A stretch of 64,000 nt of DNA from NCBI GenBank assembly GCA_965237905.1, contig OZ250172.1:2080001-2144000 (forward strand). Reading direction: 5' to 3'. Below, piece by piece: positions 9,490-20,100 of the stretch. The notes under the pieces are model-generated. The model had not been told where the DNA came from. It saw nothing but the letters and a program-made list of their open reading frames with translations, and did no database searches. The translations under genes were made by a program, and so were the position numbers. The DNA comes from Nitrospinaceae bacterium. Its GTDB lineage: Bacteria > Nitrospinota > Nitrospinia > Nitrospinales > Nitrospinaceae. Numbering within the stretch: position 1 is the first letter of the stretch; every line of letters begins with the position of its first letter.

Positions 9490-11031
9490 TTATTTTTTGA
9501 GAAGGTAAATCATGTTTCCGGAGCGCTTGTAGTGGCCCGCCCCCGCACCGGCGGGTTCGCCAACACCGAAGTATAAATCCACCCGTCCCAGTCCCTTGAT
9601 GGCTGACCCGGTATCCTGATCCACTACGAACCGCGACACCTTTTGCCATCCGGTGATTTCCAACTCGTCGTTCAATACCGGTTTTTCCACGGTGATGTAT
9701 GCCAGCCCGCCCGCCGGGTACCACGACTTGTCGGTGGCGATGGAACGCCCCGCTACCAGCTCGGCGCCGCCGGATCCGCGCGGTGCACTATCGGACATCT
9801 GGAAAAAGATGTAACGGTTGTTGCGGAACAGATACTTGTCGATGTTCTCCGGATGTTCGCGGAAGTATTGTTTCATCCCCTGCATCGATCCCTGGGCAGG
9901 TTCGATGACGCCGTCCTGGATCATCTGCCTGCCAACACTGTGGTACGGAAAGTGGTTGGAACCCATGTACTGGACCGCCTGCAGAGTGCCGTCCGGAAAC
10001 GCCAGATAACCCGATCCTTGGATGTGCAGAAAATAGCGTTCGAGATCATCCTTGAGCCAGGCCAGCTCCAACTGCTGATCGCTGAGCGCCTGATCGCCGT
10101 CGATGTCTTCCCGCGTCAATAGAGGCCGGTCGCGGACCCGGGTCAAATGATAGCCCGGGTTGAGGTGGGGCGTTTCCCGTTGGCTCAACGCCGCCTGTGT
10201 CTCGGGGTACCACTCCGGTTTCTGATACAGCGGAAAAACAAAGTCCTGCGTTTTTTCCCGCCGTGCCGGAATGATCGGTGTGTAGTAACCGGTAAATACC
10301 ACCGGCCGTCCTGCCCGGGGATAGCCCGCGGTGATCACTTCAAACTGTTCGTTGAGGCGGCGGTTGAACTCCTCTTCGGATATATCCTGTTCCAGCAAAT
10401 CCATGAAGGCGTGTAAACTATTGACCAGTTGCTGGCGGGTCACCTGGCGTGGGCCGATCCGGACGCGCTGGGTCAGATCGGTTTGTTCCATGACGCGCAA
10501 CTGTTTTTGGATCGCTTCCTTGAGGGAGGCCCGGCTCATGTCGTCTACCCACGGTAGGGCGGCTTCTTCAACAGATTCGTCCGGCTTTTCCAGTGTGGGA
10601 GGCGGAAGCGGTTGGGCGATTTCCTGGGAAGAATCATCCGGCTCTGGCGGTGCAGAAGGCCGGATCTGGTAAGGGGACGGGATGAGTTCTTCCGGGGTCC
10701 GCCTCCATTCAGGTGCCGTTTTCAATTCGTCCACCCATTGACGGTTTTTATCGACCGAATAATCGAAGGCATCAGGCAGATCAATAACCGGGTTTCTTTG
10801 AGAGGGTGGGCGATAGGAAGCATGGATGGTCTGGGAACGGGTTTCCTCATTGGCCACAGAAGGGTCCGCAAGTTTTGAAGGTGGAGTCGATGAAGTTCTC
10901 CCTTTGTTGTGGCTGGCCAGTCCCAGTGTGGAGCAGGCCCCCAGCAGAACACAGAGCCCTCCGCATAAAACCCATTGTCCCAGAGCGTAGAATTGTTTGC
11001 GTTGAAAGAATTTGATGGCGTGCATGATCAT
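9490..11031 (-). CDS. mltA: Membrane-bound lytic murein transglycosylase A (MltA + 3D domain), lipoprotein
   Basis: Lipobox LGAC, FTGYYTP, FLHIQGSG, RSIATD, DQDTGSAIKG.GRVDLYFG. Confidence 0.9.
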   Translation of the reverse strand: MIMHAIKFFQRKQFYALGQWVLCGGLCVLLGACSTLGLASHNKGRTSSTPPSKLADPSVANEETRSQTIHASYRPPSQRNPVIDLPDAFDYSVDKNRQWVDELKTAPEWRRTPEELIPSPYQIRPSAPPEPDDSSQEIAQPLPPPTLEKPDESVEEAALPWVDDMSRASLKEAIQKQLRVMEQTDLTQRVRIGPRQVTRQQLVNSLHAFMDLLEQDISEEEFNRRLNEQFEVITAGYPRAGRPVVFTGYYTPIIPARREKTQDFVFPLYQKPEWYPETQAALSQRETPHLNPGYHLTRVRDRPLLTREDIDGDQALSDQQLELAWLKDDLERYFLHIQGSGYLAFPDGTLQAVQYMGSNHFPYHSVGRQMIQDGVIEPAQGSMQGMKQYFREHPENIDKYLFRNNRYIFFQMSDSAPRGSGGAELVAGRSIATDKSWYPAGGLAYITVEKPVLNDELEITGWQKVSRFVVDQDTGSAIKGLGRVDLYFGVGEPAGAGAGHYKRSGNMIYLLKK

Positions 11032-11474
11032 TAAAAAAGTTCGGCCAAGCCTTCGTTAGCGAGGGCGTCGGCGCGTTCATTTTCCGGATGCCCGTTATGT
11101 CCCCGCACCCAGATCCATTTAATTTTATGATGTTCGCTCAGTCGCAATAACTCCTGCCACTGGTCCTTGTTCTTGACCGGTTGTTTGGAGGCGGTGACCC
11201 AGTTTTTGCGAACCCAGCCGTTGATCCATTCCGTCATCCCTTTGACCAGGTATTGCGAGTCGGTGGTCAGTTCCACTTCACTGGGTTTGTCCAGCTGTTG
11301 CAGGGCGACGATGGCGGCGGTCATTTCCATGATGTTGTTGGTGGTTTCTCTCTCGCCGCCTTTAAGCTCACGGGTCTTCCCGTTCCGGACGATAATACAA
11401 CCGTACCCCCCGGGGCCAGGATTGCCTTTACAGGCACCATCGGTATAAATCTTAACTTTTTCCATAAGGGGCAA
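11031..11474 (-). CDS. rnhA: Ribonuclease HI
   Basis: [46 protein letters not shown]. Confidence 0.97.
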   Translation of the reverse strand: MPLMEKVKIYTDGACKGNPGPGGYGCIIVRNGKTRELKGGERETTNNIMEMTAAIVALQQLDKPSEVELTTDSQYLVKGMTEWINGWVRKNWVTASKQPVKNKDQWQELLRLSEHHKIKWIWVRGHNGHPENERADALANEGLAELF

Positions 11475-11559
11475 AGGTTGCTGAAAATAATGTAATTGAT
11501 TGATTTTAAAAACATAACGAAGAATTTAATATAACATACTCTCGGCTGGAAATTAAGAT

Positions 11560-11578
11560 GAGTGAAAAATTTTCACTC
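11560..11578. promoter_or_regulatory. Perfect palindrome, candidate operator
   Basis: GAGTGAAAA-A-TTTTCACTC in the rnhA/oxidoreductase divergent region. Confidence 0.35.
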
Positions 11579-12014
11579 TGAAAGGGGTCGTTGAATACCA
11601 TCGGAGGCCAGCACAATGTTATACTGCTTGAGGCATTTTTTAATGAAAGGAAGGTGCCGTTTTAACCATTTGAGAGGCGAGAAATCGATCGGTTGGGTAC
11701 CGGAAGGGCTTCCTATGGAAAGGTGAATATTTGCCCTTCCCGATGCATGGTCAGGTGCAGGAATGATGCTGTCAATGGGTTGCTCTAGAAGCCGAAAAAG
11801 GCAAAAAAATAAATTTTTCGGGTTCCCAGGACCATTAACGCTTTGTTTTCAAAAGTATTTTTTGGTATTTGCCGATGGGTAGAGTTGAGGCCTCAATTTT
11901 TCAGGTTTACAGTGAAAGCTGGCTCTGGAGAGAAATGGGGAGTACGTCCAGTATTTAGTTGGAACTGGCGGAAAAGTAAGTACAATCAACAATAATTAAT
12001 TGAATGGAAAAGGT

Positions 12015-12044
12015 TTGACAAGGCCCCAGAGAGTGTTTTATAGT
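12015..12044 (+). promoter_or_regulatory. Sigma70-type promoter of the oxidoreductase operon
   Basis: TTGACA-N18-TATAGT about 60 bp upstream of ATG 12104. Confidence 0.6.
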
Positions 12045-12103
12045 TGTGCCTCGCAAATGGAATCCAAAGAAAATTAAACCTTTAAAATAAAAGGATTAGA
12101 GGG

Positions 12104-12739
12104 ATGGAACAGTATCAAGTAGTGCCTGGGCCGGAGGCTTTTTTGCCGCCTTCCGCAGCCAGCATGGGAATTGTACTGCCGGATCCGGGTGAAGCCCATG
12201 TCGAGGGCCGGATTGTTGATGAAGAAGAAGCTTATGAGCATGCTGCGCGAAAACTTTTAGGCGCCAAAGTGCCGACCCTTTTTCCTGGACCGCTGGTCTT
12301 GTGGAAATGGAACGAAAAGGCCGCCAAAAAAGCCCAGGCTATTCGTGAATTGTCTGAAGCTCTTCCTGCCCGGTTAATCCCAATGGCGGATTATCGTCCC
12401 AAGTATCCGAAGATCGATGCGGAAGTAGAGATCAATCCGAACCATCCCAACCTGACCATCTGGCATAACAAGATTGACGTGTGTATTTTTGTCGGCGTGC
12501 ATTGCCATCAGGCGAACCTGGCCTTGAAAATCATACGGGGGGGAACCGATTGTTACACGATCGCCATGTGCGCCCAGGCCGGTCATGAGGATGCCTGTTT
12601 GTCGTTTCGCGATATCTCCCTGGAAAAAATTCACAAGTTCACGGCCACCGTGGAAAGATTGAAAAAGGAAGGTGTTGAAAGCCAGGCCGAACCGTTCAAA
12701 CAGTTCAAAATGACCCGCGCCGGTAGGATAGAAGGGTAA
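12104..12739 (+). CDS. Five-subunit 2-oxoacid:ferredoxin oxidoreductase, delta subunit (ForD/PorD-like)
   Basis: PGPEAFLPP, YRPKYPKID.EVEINPNHPNLTIWHNKID...GVHCH; first gene of a D-A-B-G-E cluster. Confidence 0.85.
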   Translation: MEQYQVVPGPEAFLPPSAASMGIVLPDPGEAHVEGRIVDEEEAYEHAARKLLGAKVPTLFPGPLVLWKWNEKAAKKAQAIRELSEALPARLIPMADYRPKYPKIDAEVEINPNHPNLTIWHNKIDVCIFVGVHCHQANLALKIIRGGTDCYTIAMCAQAGHEDACLSFRDISLEKIHKFTATVERLKKEGVESQAEPFKQFKMTRAGRIEG

Positions 12740-12848
12740 AGCAGGCGCCCCGTACTCCATACGGGTTCATTATATTCGATCAAGTTTTTACTTTTTTTAT
12801 ATAAACCGAAGTTACTTAAAATTGACTCAAGTATGAGGGAGTACTTTT

Positions 12849-14099
12849 ATGAATAAAAAGGTGGAGCCTCAGGATAGAAGAATACTGCTTTCCGAGACTG
12901 TGGAGTTGGGTGAGAAAACCGAAAAAGGCCAGACCGTTACAGACCCGAATGTTCTGTTCAACGAAATGGAGCGAGAGGCGAGCTTTCTGACCGGTTCTGA
13001 GGTCATTCGTGCCGCCATCAAGCGGGCCAATTTGGATGTCTCCGTAGCCTATCCGATCACCCCGCAGAGTGAAGCGGCGGCGTTGATTGGTGAATTGTAT
13101 GCCGAAGGCTATGTTCGTGAATATTTCCGTGGCGAGAACGAATTTGCCGTTATGGGTGAATGTGCCGGTGCCGCTTTCGGTGGAGCACGGGTGTTCACCA
13201 CCACTGCCGGACCGGGAACCCTGCGCGCCATGGAGAACTTTCCCATGTGGGCCGGGTCTCGTTTACCGATTCAAGTCTGCGTAACCTGCCGGGGCATCAA
13301 CTCTCCCCTGAGTATTCAGCCGGACACCTTGGAAATGTACTATCTGCTGGAAACGGGGATGCTGGTTTGGCACGCGGAAACTGCACAGGATCTGTATGAC
13401 TGGATTCTCGGCGGATTCATGGTCTCCGAACAGCCGGACGTGCATCTGCCGCTGGCGTTGTGTTGTGACGGGTTCTTTGTGACCCACACCAAAGACACGG
13501 TTATGTTGCAATCCGACGAGTATTGTATACCGCGTTACGACCCGTACCGCTCGCCGGTACCGTGCATGGATATGGAATGTCCTCCCTTCCGCATGATGCG
13601 CGATCCTTTCATTATGAAATCCAATTACATCAGTTATGCGACGCATGCGTCCTGGCAGCAGGAAATCCATGCGGCGGTCGAACGGTCGCGCAAGCACACT
13701 TTACCGATCATGAACGGTTCCCTGATCGAAACGGAGAATCTGGACCGGGATATTCTGATTGTTGCTTCGGGTACAGCGGTCTCTCAGGGACGCGAAGCGA
13801 TTCGCCTTCTGGAAGAGGAAGAAGGCATTAAAGTGGGTCTGGTGAAAATCAAATCCATTCGTCCTTTCCCGACAGAGGAAGTACGGGAAGCGACTGCCAA
13901 TGCCAAGACGATCTTCATTCCGGAGTTCAACATCAAGGGTTGGTTAGCACGTGAAGTCAAATCGATCCTGCCGAACAATGAGCGCGTGATTGCCGGACCG
14001 CATGTTGCGGGTGGTATGACTTTGCCTTCGGAAGTAATCGTCGACGAAATCAAAAAAGTGCTGGGTGTTGGCGGAACGACAATGAAGGCCCGCGGTTAG
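12849..14099 (+). CDS. 2-oxoacid:ferredoxin oxidoreductase alpha subunit (ForA/PorA)
   Basis: YPITPQSE, ENEFAVM, TTTAGPG, IRPFP motifs. Confidence 0.92.
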   Translation: MNKKVEPQDRRILLSETVELGEKTEKGQTVTDPNVLFNEMEREASFLTGSEVIRAAIKRANLDVSVAYPITPQSEAAALIGELYAEGYVREYFRGENEFAVMGECAGAAFGGARVFTTTAGPGTLRAMENFPMWAGSRLPIQVCVTCRGINSPLSIQPDTLEMYYLLETGMLVWHAETAQDLYDWILGGFMVSEQPDVHLPLALCCDGFFVTHTKDTVMLQSDEYCIPRYDPYRSPVPCMDMECPPFRMMRDPFIMKSNYISYATHASWQQEIHAAVERSRKHTLPIMNGSLIETENLDRDILIVASGTAVSQGREAIRLLEEEEGIKVGLVKIKSIRPFPTEEVREATANAKTIFIPEFNIKGWLAREVKSILPNNERVIAGPHVAGGMTLPSEVIVDEIKKVLGVGGTTMKARG

Positions 14100-14176
14100 T
14101 TTGGTCGCAAGATCTCTTTTAGATGATTTTAATTAAGTATTTGAAAATATAAAAATCTTTCGAGAGGAAGTTATAT

Positions 14177-15079
14177 ATGAGCAAGGAAAAAATACAACTC
14201 AGCGAAAGTCTGGCGGACATCATGCCTTCGGAGTATCAGGAGATGGTGGCCACGGCAACTTTCGGTAATGAGGACCGGAGCTGGAAAGATATCGGAACCT
14301 CCAAGGAATTGATCGAACAGCATTCACTGTGCGCCGGCTGTCCGGAGTCGATTGCGTTCCGGTTTATCCTGGCCAGTATTCCTGCGCCGGAAGATTCCGT
14401 ATTTGTCGGATCCACCGGCTGTACCAGTCTCGTATTCCCGCATGTGGGCGTGCAGAATATTCACTCCCTGTTTGGAAACCAGAACGCTATTGCGTCCGGC
14501 CTTCAACGGGCTTTGAAACTCCGTTTCCCGGATGTTTACAAAGACGTGATCGTGCTGGCGGGTGACGGTGCTACCGTGGACATTGGTCTCGATATGACCA
14601 TGCAGTCTTGGTTCCGTCAGGAAAAATTCACCACCATTTGTTTTGACAACGAGCTGTATGCCAACACCGGCGGCCAGGAAAGCGGATTGATGCAGAAAGG
14701 GTTCGTTGCCAAAATGGCTCCCACCGGCAAAAAGTTCGAAAAAGTCCGTTTGCCGGAAATCGCTTTTGAATCAGGCTGTCACTATGTCGCCTGTTTGACG
14801 GTGAGCAAGCCCAACCGTGTGGAACAAGTCATCCGCAACGCTATTTATGTATCGCGGGAATTCGGTCCGACGTATGTTCAGCTGTACACGCCCTGTATTC
14901 TGGAAATCGGAAAACAGAGTATGGAAGGTCTGGACGAAATGAAGGATTCCGAAGCCATTGGTGGACGGTTTGTTATGAAGGAATTTATGACGGACGAAGT
15001 CCGGGAGTTCTTGAAGGAAAAAAATGCCGAGCAGAAAGCCCGGGAAAAAGCGGCTAAAGCGGCTGCCGTCACGGCCTAA
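14177..15079 (+). CDS. 2-oxoacid:ferredoxin oxidoreductase beta subunit, TPP-binding (ForB/PorB)
   Basis: LCAGC, STGC, AGDGA...DNELYANTGGQES, YTPC. Confidence 0.92.
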   Translation: MSKEKIQLSESLADIMPSEYQEMVATATFGNEDRSWKDIGTSKELIEQHSLCAGCPESIAFRFILASIPAPEDSVFVGSTGCTSLVFPHVGVQNIHSLFGNQNAIASGLQRALKLRFPDVYKDVIVLAGDGATVDIGLDMTMQSWFRQEKFTTICFDNELYANTGGQESGLMQKGFVAKMAPTGKKFEKVRLPEIAFESGCHYVACLTVSKPNRVEQVIRNAIYVSREFGPTYVQLYTPCILEIGKQSMEGLDEMKDSEAIGGRFVMKEFMTDEVREFLKEKNAEQKAREKAAKAAAVTA

Positions 15080-15100
15080 TCCATAGAGGAGATTGTTGAA

Positions 15101-15808
15101 ATGTCTGAACCAGTAATGAAACGGATGAATATCCGCATCTCCGGTCTGGGTGGCCAGGGGGCGGTTACGGCGGCTCACCTGTTGGCCATGGCGGCCAACA
15201 AGATGGGCAAATATTCCATTTCCAATCCATTTTTTGGAGCGGAAAAACGGATGGCTCCTGCTGAAAGTTATGCACGCATCGGCCCGGAAAAAATTTATGA
15301 CCGGGGCGAGCTCGTTTATCCTGAAGTGATCATGATTTTTCATCCGCAGGTCATCACCATGCAGAAGAGCTATACGGCTCCGTTCTATTCCGGTATTAAA
15401 CCGGGAGGGCTAATCATTATTAATACCGACCAGGATCTTCTGGGTGATGAGGACCACAAGCGTTTGGCGGATAAAAATGTGGTGGTTTATAATTTTGATG
15501 CGACCACCTTGGCGCTGGAAATCGGTAAGACTGAATTGTCCACCAATATGGCGATGATCGGTGCTTGCGCCGGCATGACCCATGTGGTTGACCTGCCCGC
15601 TCTGGAGGCCGCTGTACAGGACCGGTTTGGTAAGCGATATGTCGCATCCGGCGGTACCGCCACTCTCGATGAAGCGATTAAAAAGAAGTATGCGAAAAAA
15701 GAGCAGTTGCTTGAGGCAAATAACAATACGATTAAAAAAGCCTTTGAGATGAGCGAAGAGTGGGGCAAAACATCGTCCTATGCTCCCGCTGTCTATGAAA
15801 CAGCTTAA
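15101..15808 (+). CDS. 2-oxoacid:ferredoxin oxidoreductase gamma subunit (ForG/PorG)
   Basis: IRISGLGGQGAVTA, FGAEKR, NMAMIGA. Confidence 0.92.
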   Translation: MSEPVMKRMNIRISGLGGQGAVTAAHLLAMAANKMGKYSISNPFFGAEKRMAPAESYARIGPEKIYDRGELVYPEVIMIFHPQVITMQKSYTAPFYSGIKPGGLIIINTDQDLLGDEDHKRLADKNVVVYNFDATTLALEIGKTELSTNMAMIGACAGMTHVVDLPALEAAVQDRFGKRYVASGGTATLDEAIKKKYAKKEQLLEANNNTIKKAFEMSEEWGKTSSYAPAVYETA

Positions 15809-15854
15809 AGGTCGACGGTAGACTTTAATTTAAAACAAGAAGGAGCTATTCAGA

Positions 15855-16136
15855 GTGTACAACGTAGCGTACGTCCATGACGATAAGTGTATTGCCGAAA
15901 AAGGTTGTCGGCTCTGTATTATGTACTGCCCCGAGGCGGATACCATTATGCTGAACACCGAAACCATGAAAGCGGAAGTAGTGATTCCCCGCTGTAAAGG
16001 GTGCGATCTCTGTAAGGTGGTCTGTAGTACTCACAATGCCATTTCCATGCATCCGGTTAACCAGGTCACGGGTGAGATCATTATGGGTGCCAAGGAAGGC
16101 GAAACTGCCGGACTGGGTCAGGCGTATTCAGGATAA
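15855..16136 (+). CDS. Ferredoxin-like epsilon subunit (ForE/PorE)
   Basis: CIAEKGCRLCIMYCP and CKGCDLCKVVC [4Fe-4S] motifs; AAGGAG RBS, GTG start. Confidence 0.88.
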   Translation: MYNVAYVHDDKCIAEKGCRLCIMYCPEADTIMLNTETMKAEVVIPRCKGCDLCKVVCSTHNAISMHPVNQVTGEIIMGAKEGETAGLGQAYSG

Positions 16137-16154
16137 GCTCCTTCATGAAATCTC

Positions 16155-16191
16155 TAACCCATGGCTTATACGCCATGGGTTATTTTTTTTT
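16155..16191 (+). terminator. Intrinsic terminator ending the oxidoreductase operon
   Basis: 11-bp stem TAACCCATGGC/GCCATGGGTTA followed by a T run. Confidence 0.88.
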
Positions 16192-16255
16192 CACCTGAAA
16201 CGGGTAAACCGGAAAAGTGTTATCCGAGTTTTCCAGGACTTATAGGATAGGGAGT

Positions 16256-17017
16256 ATGGTCGATACCTTTGCCAAAGAAGTAGATTGTGTCTTATGTCAG
16301 GAACGTTTCAGTCCCGTTATTGAACCGCAAGAAGACAAAGCGTTCTACGATATCCATTGCACCTCCTGTGTCAAATGGGTCCGGATCGGGAAGTCCGACC
16401 CTGTGCGAATGACACTCCGGCGCCTCCTGAAGCTGGAAGGTGAGCCCCTGGCTTTAGCGGTTCAGAACTACCTCGCCGCGTGCCCCTGCGGCAACGAGTT
16501 CAGTCACGATGCCGGCAAACGATGCCCGGCTTGTATCCATAAAATCAAAAAAGAAATCCATCCCAATCATGCTGCTACTGCCAGCGAGTTCCACTGCATT
16601 TGGAATATTGGAAAACTCAAAGAAATCGAAGGCAAAATTTTTGAGGCTATTCTCGACCGGTTGGATTCGGAGGAAGAAAACCTCAATCAGCTGATCGCGC
16701 GGTATGAGAGCGGGGAAATCGGTCCCGGCCCCTACATGGGAGGTGTGGAAAATATTCAAGCCCGTGAAGCGACCGAGGTGGCCTTTGTCAAGACTTGGGG
16801 TATGCTCGCCGGACCCGAAATGGCTTTCCGCGCCGCAGAGGAACACGGGCTGGCGATTCACTACGGGTCACGCATTCTGGTGAGTATCGCGGCTGGACTG
16901 GAGATGGGATACGGCACCTCTATCCTGATCACCCTGTCAAATGAAGAAAAAAATATGGACGGCCCGGCAAAAAAGGAAATTCAAATCTTTCTCAAGAAAA
17001 TTGCAGGCGGGTTTTAA
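16256..17017 (+). CDS. Hypothetical protein with four Cys pairs (probable metal binding)
   Basis: CVLC, CTSC, CPCG, CPAC; GGGAG RBS before ATG 16256 (the track starts at 16217). Confidence 0.7.
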   Translation: MVDTFAKEVDCVLCQERFSPVIEPQEDKAFYDIHCTSCVKWVRIGKSDPVRMTLRRLLKLEGEPLALAVQNYLAACPCGNEFSHDAGKRCPACIHKIKKEIHPNHAATASEFHCIWNIGKLKEIEGKIFEAILDRLDSEEENLNQLIARYESGEIGPGPYMGGVENIQAREATEVAFVKTWGMLAGPEMAFRAAEEHGLAIHYGSRILVSIAAGLEMGYGTSILITLSNEEKNMDGPAKKEIQIFLKKIAGGF

Positions 17018-17100
17018 GGTTTCTGCAACTTTTTCTGGAACTTTTTGTGATTAGGAGTATCTTAATCATGAACGTCATAGTTCTCTCCCTGTTTAGCTCC

Positions 17101-17128
17101 ACGCCCCGGAAACGGGGCGTTTTTTTTG
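17101..17128 (+). terminator. Intrinsic terminator
   Basis: ACGCCCCG-GAAA-CGGGGCGT followed by T run. Confidence 0.8.
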
Positions 17129-17135
17129 CCCCGCG

Positions 17136-20100
17136 CTATTTCTCTTTGTTATCGCTAACCTGGATTCGTATTTCTGCCCTGTTCGCCCGGATTTCAGGAA
17201 TGTACATGGCGTGTCCCAGAACCGGGAGCGCGTGGAACCGGCCCGGCGTTTCAGCGCGCAGGGTGTACCGAATCTGCCAGACCCCCTGCGGCAGTTTATC
17301 GATGAATAGCGCCACTTTACGGTCGCGCAATTCCTGGTACACCCACCGGTTCCGCCCCGTGTAATCCGAGTTGGGAGTGGGAGGCACCGGGATGGGAATA
17401 GACCTCATGCTTCTCGTTGGCGAGGATTTTCCGCCCGGGAGAGTAGAATTCTGCGAATCTCGTAAAGTCCGTTTCACGGCCGACTGTTTCAATTCCTGCG
17501 CGTAGAGTGTTTCGCCGCTTTTGATCTGTACCGCCTCCAGCCCTGCCGGTTTCAAATCTTCAAAGATCAGATATTCGTAATGGTTTTTGGCCTCAATTGT
17601 AAGAACCGTTTCGATGCGCTCGCCGCTCGTTACCGTCTCCCCGTCATTGAGCGGCACCTTGTCGTAAATGTAGCCTTTGAGCAGGGTCGGACGCCCCACC
17701 AGTTTGTAATACTGCCGCCGGACGAAAACTTCATTACCCGCCGCGTTGATGGGTTCCTCCAGGCTGAAAAATTCAGCATTCGCGGCAAAGTACAACGGAC
17801 CCTCCCCGCTTTTCCGGATCAGGCGGATGGTATTGACGCCGTCTTTGATCCGCTTGGAGTCGATCTCAAACCGGCTGGGCGCGCGTAGCACGTCCTTCAC
17901 TTTCTGCGTGGTGACGGTCTTGCCGTTGACCTGTAATTCGTATTCGATGCCGCCTTTCAGCTCGCCACTGGTTTTGAGGTATTGGTTCATCGCCAGCACC
18001 ACAATGGCGGTGTCACGCGTGTTGCTCCAGTTGGCGCCACGCCGGTTCTTGATGAGCCAGTTCATGACCGGTTCCACCAGCTTGTTTTTGGGATCGATGG
18101 TGAGCAGGGCGCGCAAGGCAAACGCTGTCGCTTCCACTCCGCCATTCGACCACCGGTAAAAGATACCGTCCTCTCCCCAATGTGCCGTCGCCATCACCCC
18201 TTGTTGGGATTTTTTCAAGCCGCGCTGGATGATGGAGGTGTCCGGCGTTTTATCGACAATGACTCCGTTCTCCAGATTCTCGATCAGCGTTTTGGCCCGT
18301 CTCTTATCTCCATAATGATGCGCCGCCAGGGCCAGCAGGGAGCGGGTATAGGCGTTGAGGCGGCTTTTATGTTTCCACAGGTTACCGAACGCCTTGCTCT
18401 GGAACTTGTCAACGCGTTTGAGTCTGGCGGTGGAGTGATACACCGAAAGTGCGTGGAGTACCCACGCCTGCAGATCGTGTTGCTCCTCCGCTTCCACCAG
18501 CTCCTTGTTGAGAAACCGGTAGGCGCGTTTGAGAACGTTGCGGTCGACTCCAATCCCCGATTGCCGAGCCAGGCTCAGTCCCCATAGTACATACGCGGAC
18601 ATGAAATGATCGCTCTCGCCTTTCTTCCACCAGCCCCAGCCGCCGTCGCTGTGTTGAAAATCATACAGGCGGTCAAGACCGCTCCGGGTCATGGCATCCA
18701 GCTCGGCAATGTTCTTTTTGCCTTTGGGATGGGTTTTGCCGCTGTGCTGGGTTTCGATGCCGCCGAACACCTTGTCCCGGATAGAGCCGGGCTTGAGTCC
18801 CTGATCCATCAGCGTTTTGGTCACGATCACCGCCGGTAGGAACCGGCTGAGCGTCTGCTCGGTACACCCGTAGGGATAATCGATCAGATAGGGCAGGGCG
18901 TCGAGCATCGTCACTGCCAGGCTGGGTGTGACCTGAACGCTGACCCGGGTCGAATCCTTTTTGCGTTCTTTCGGAATGTTGAGTTTGACAGTCACATCAC
19001 TCCCGCGCATTTTACCGGAGGCGGCGAGGAATTTTTCGATGCCGTGTTCATGGATGATAAAACTCTTCTCCATGGCGTCGCCCTGTTTGGACGATTTCGC
19101 TGAAACGCGGATTTTGGCGTGACCCGCTTGCGCAACGGATACCAGCCAATCCACTCGCCGCTCGCCATGCGCTGGAACCTTGGTCGGGCCGATCTTCCCC
19201 TTTACAGACTTGCCGGAGCGGTCGAGGTGACCGAGGACATTCAATCCCTGCGCGTTCAGGGAAGGACGGACGATCATTTCATTATCGGTATTGTTGTTGA
19301 TGATGGCGGACAGGGTCAGGTGATCCCCCACCACGAAGAAACGCGGTGCCTGCAGACGGACGATCAACGGGTTCTGCGTGCGGACCTTGGCGGTGTCGAT
19401 GCCGAACTGGTTGGTCCTGGAGACCGCCCTCGCGGTGGCGCGCCACTGGGTCAAGGAATCGGCGAACTGGATCTTGACCGTGGCTTTGCCGTCCTTCCCG
19501 GTTTTGATACTCGGTTTCCATAGAATGGTACTGCGGAAATCCGATCGCACCTGCACGGCCGGTTCCTCCTGCCCCGGAGCTGGAGATTGTCTCCCGCCTT
19601 CGCGTTTGGAATATCCTTCTTTGTTGTCGGCAAAGGATTCTTCGGCCCGTACTTCCGAAGAGGCCATGGGTGCGTTGGCACTCAGGGATTTTTTAGCGCG
19701 AGCGCTATATAGGTAATTTCCTCTCGAGCTATCCATAGCTCCACCTAAATCACCTTTACCTCCCGAGAAGCCCCCTCCCAGGACGCCATCTTTTCTCTTT
19801 TCAAGTTTTGCCAGGCGCTTCATTTGGAATGAGCTTTGTAGGCGAATGCGCTGGGCACGCTTTTGGCCGTAGAAGAATTGCCGCGGGTCCGGGGCCAGCT
19901 CCTTCTGGATGTAATAGACCGCTTCATCGACCAGTCCTACCGCCACCTCGGTGGATACAGGTTTGCCTTTGTGATTGCGTGCGGTGACGGTCAAAGTACC
20001 TTCCTCGCGCGGCTGGTATTGGTCGCGGTCGAGCTTCACCGAAACGTTGAGGAAATTTTTAATCGGCGGGACTATCACCTGCTTGCGGTCGCTGAAAATT

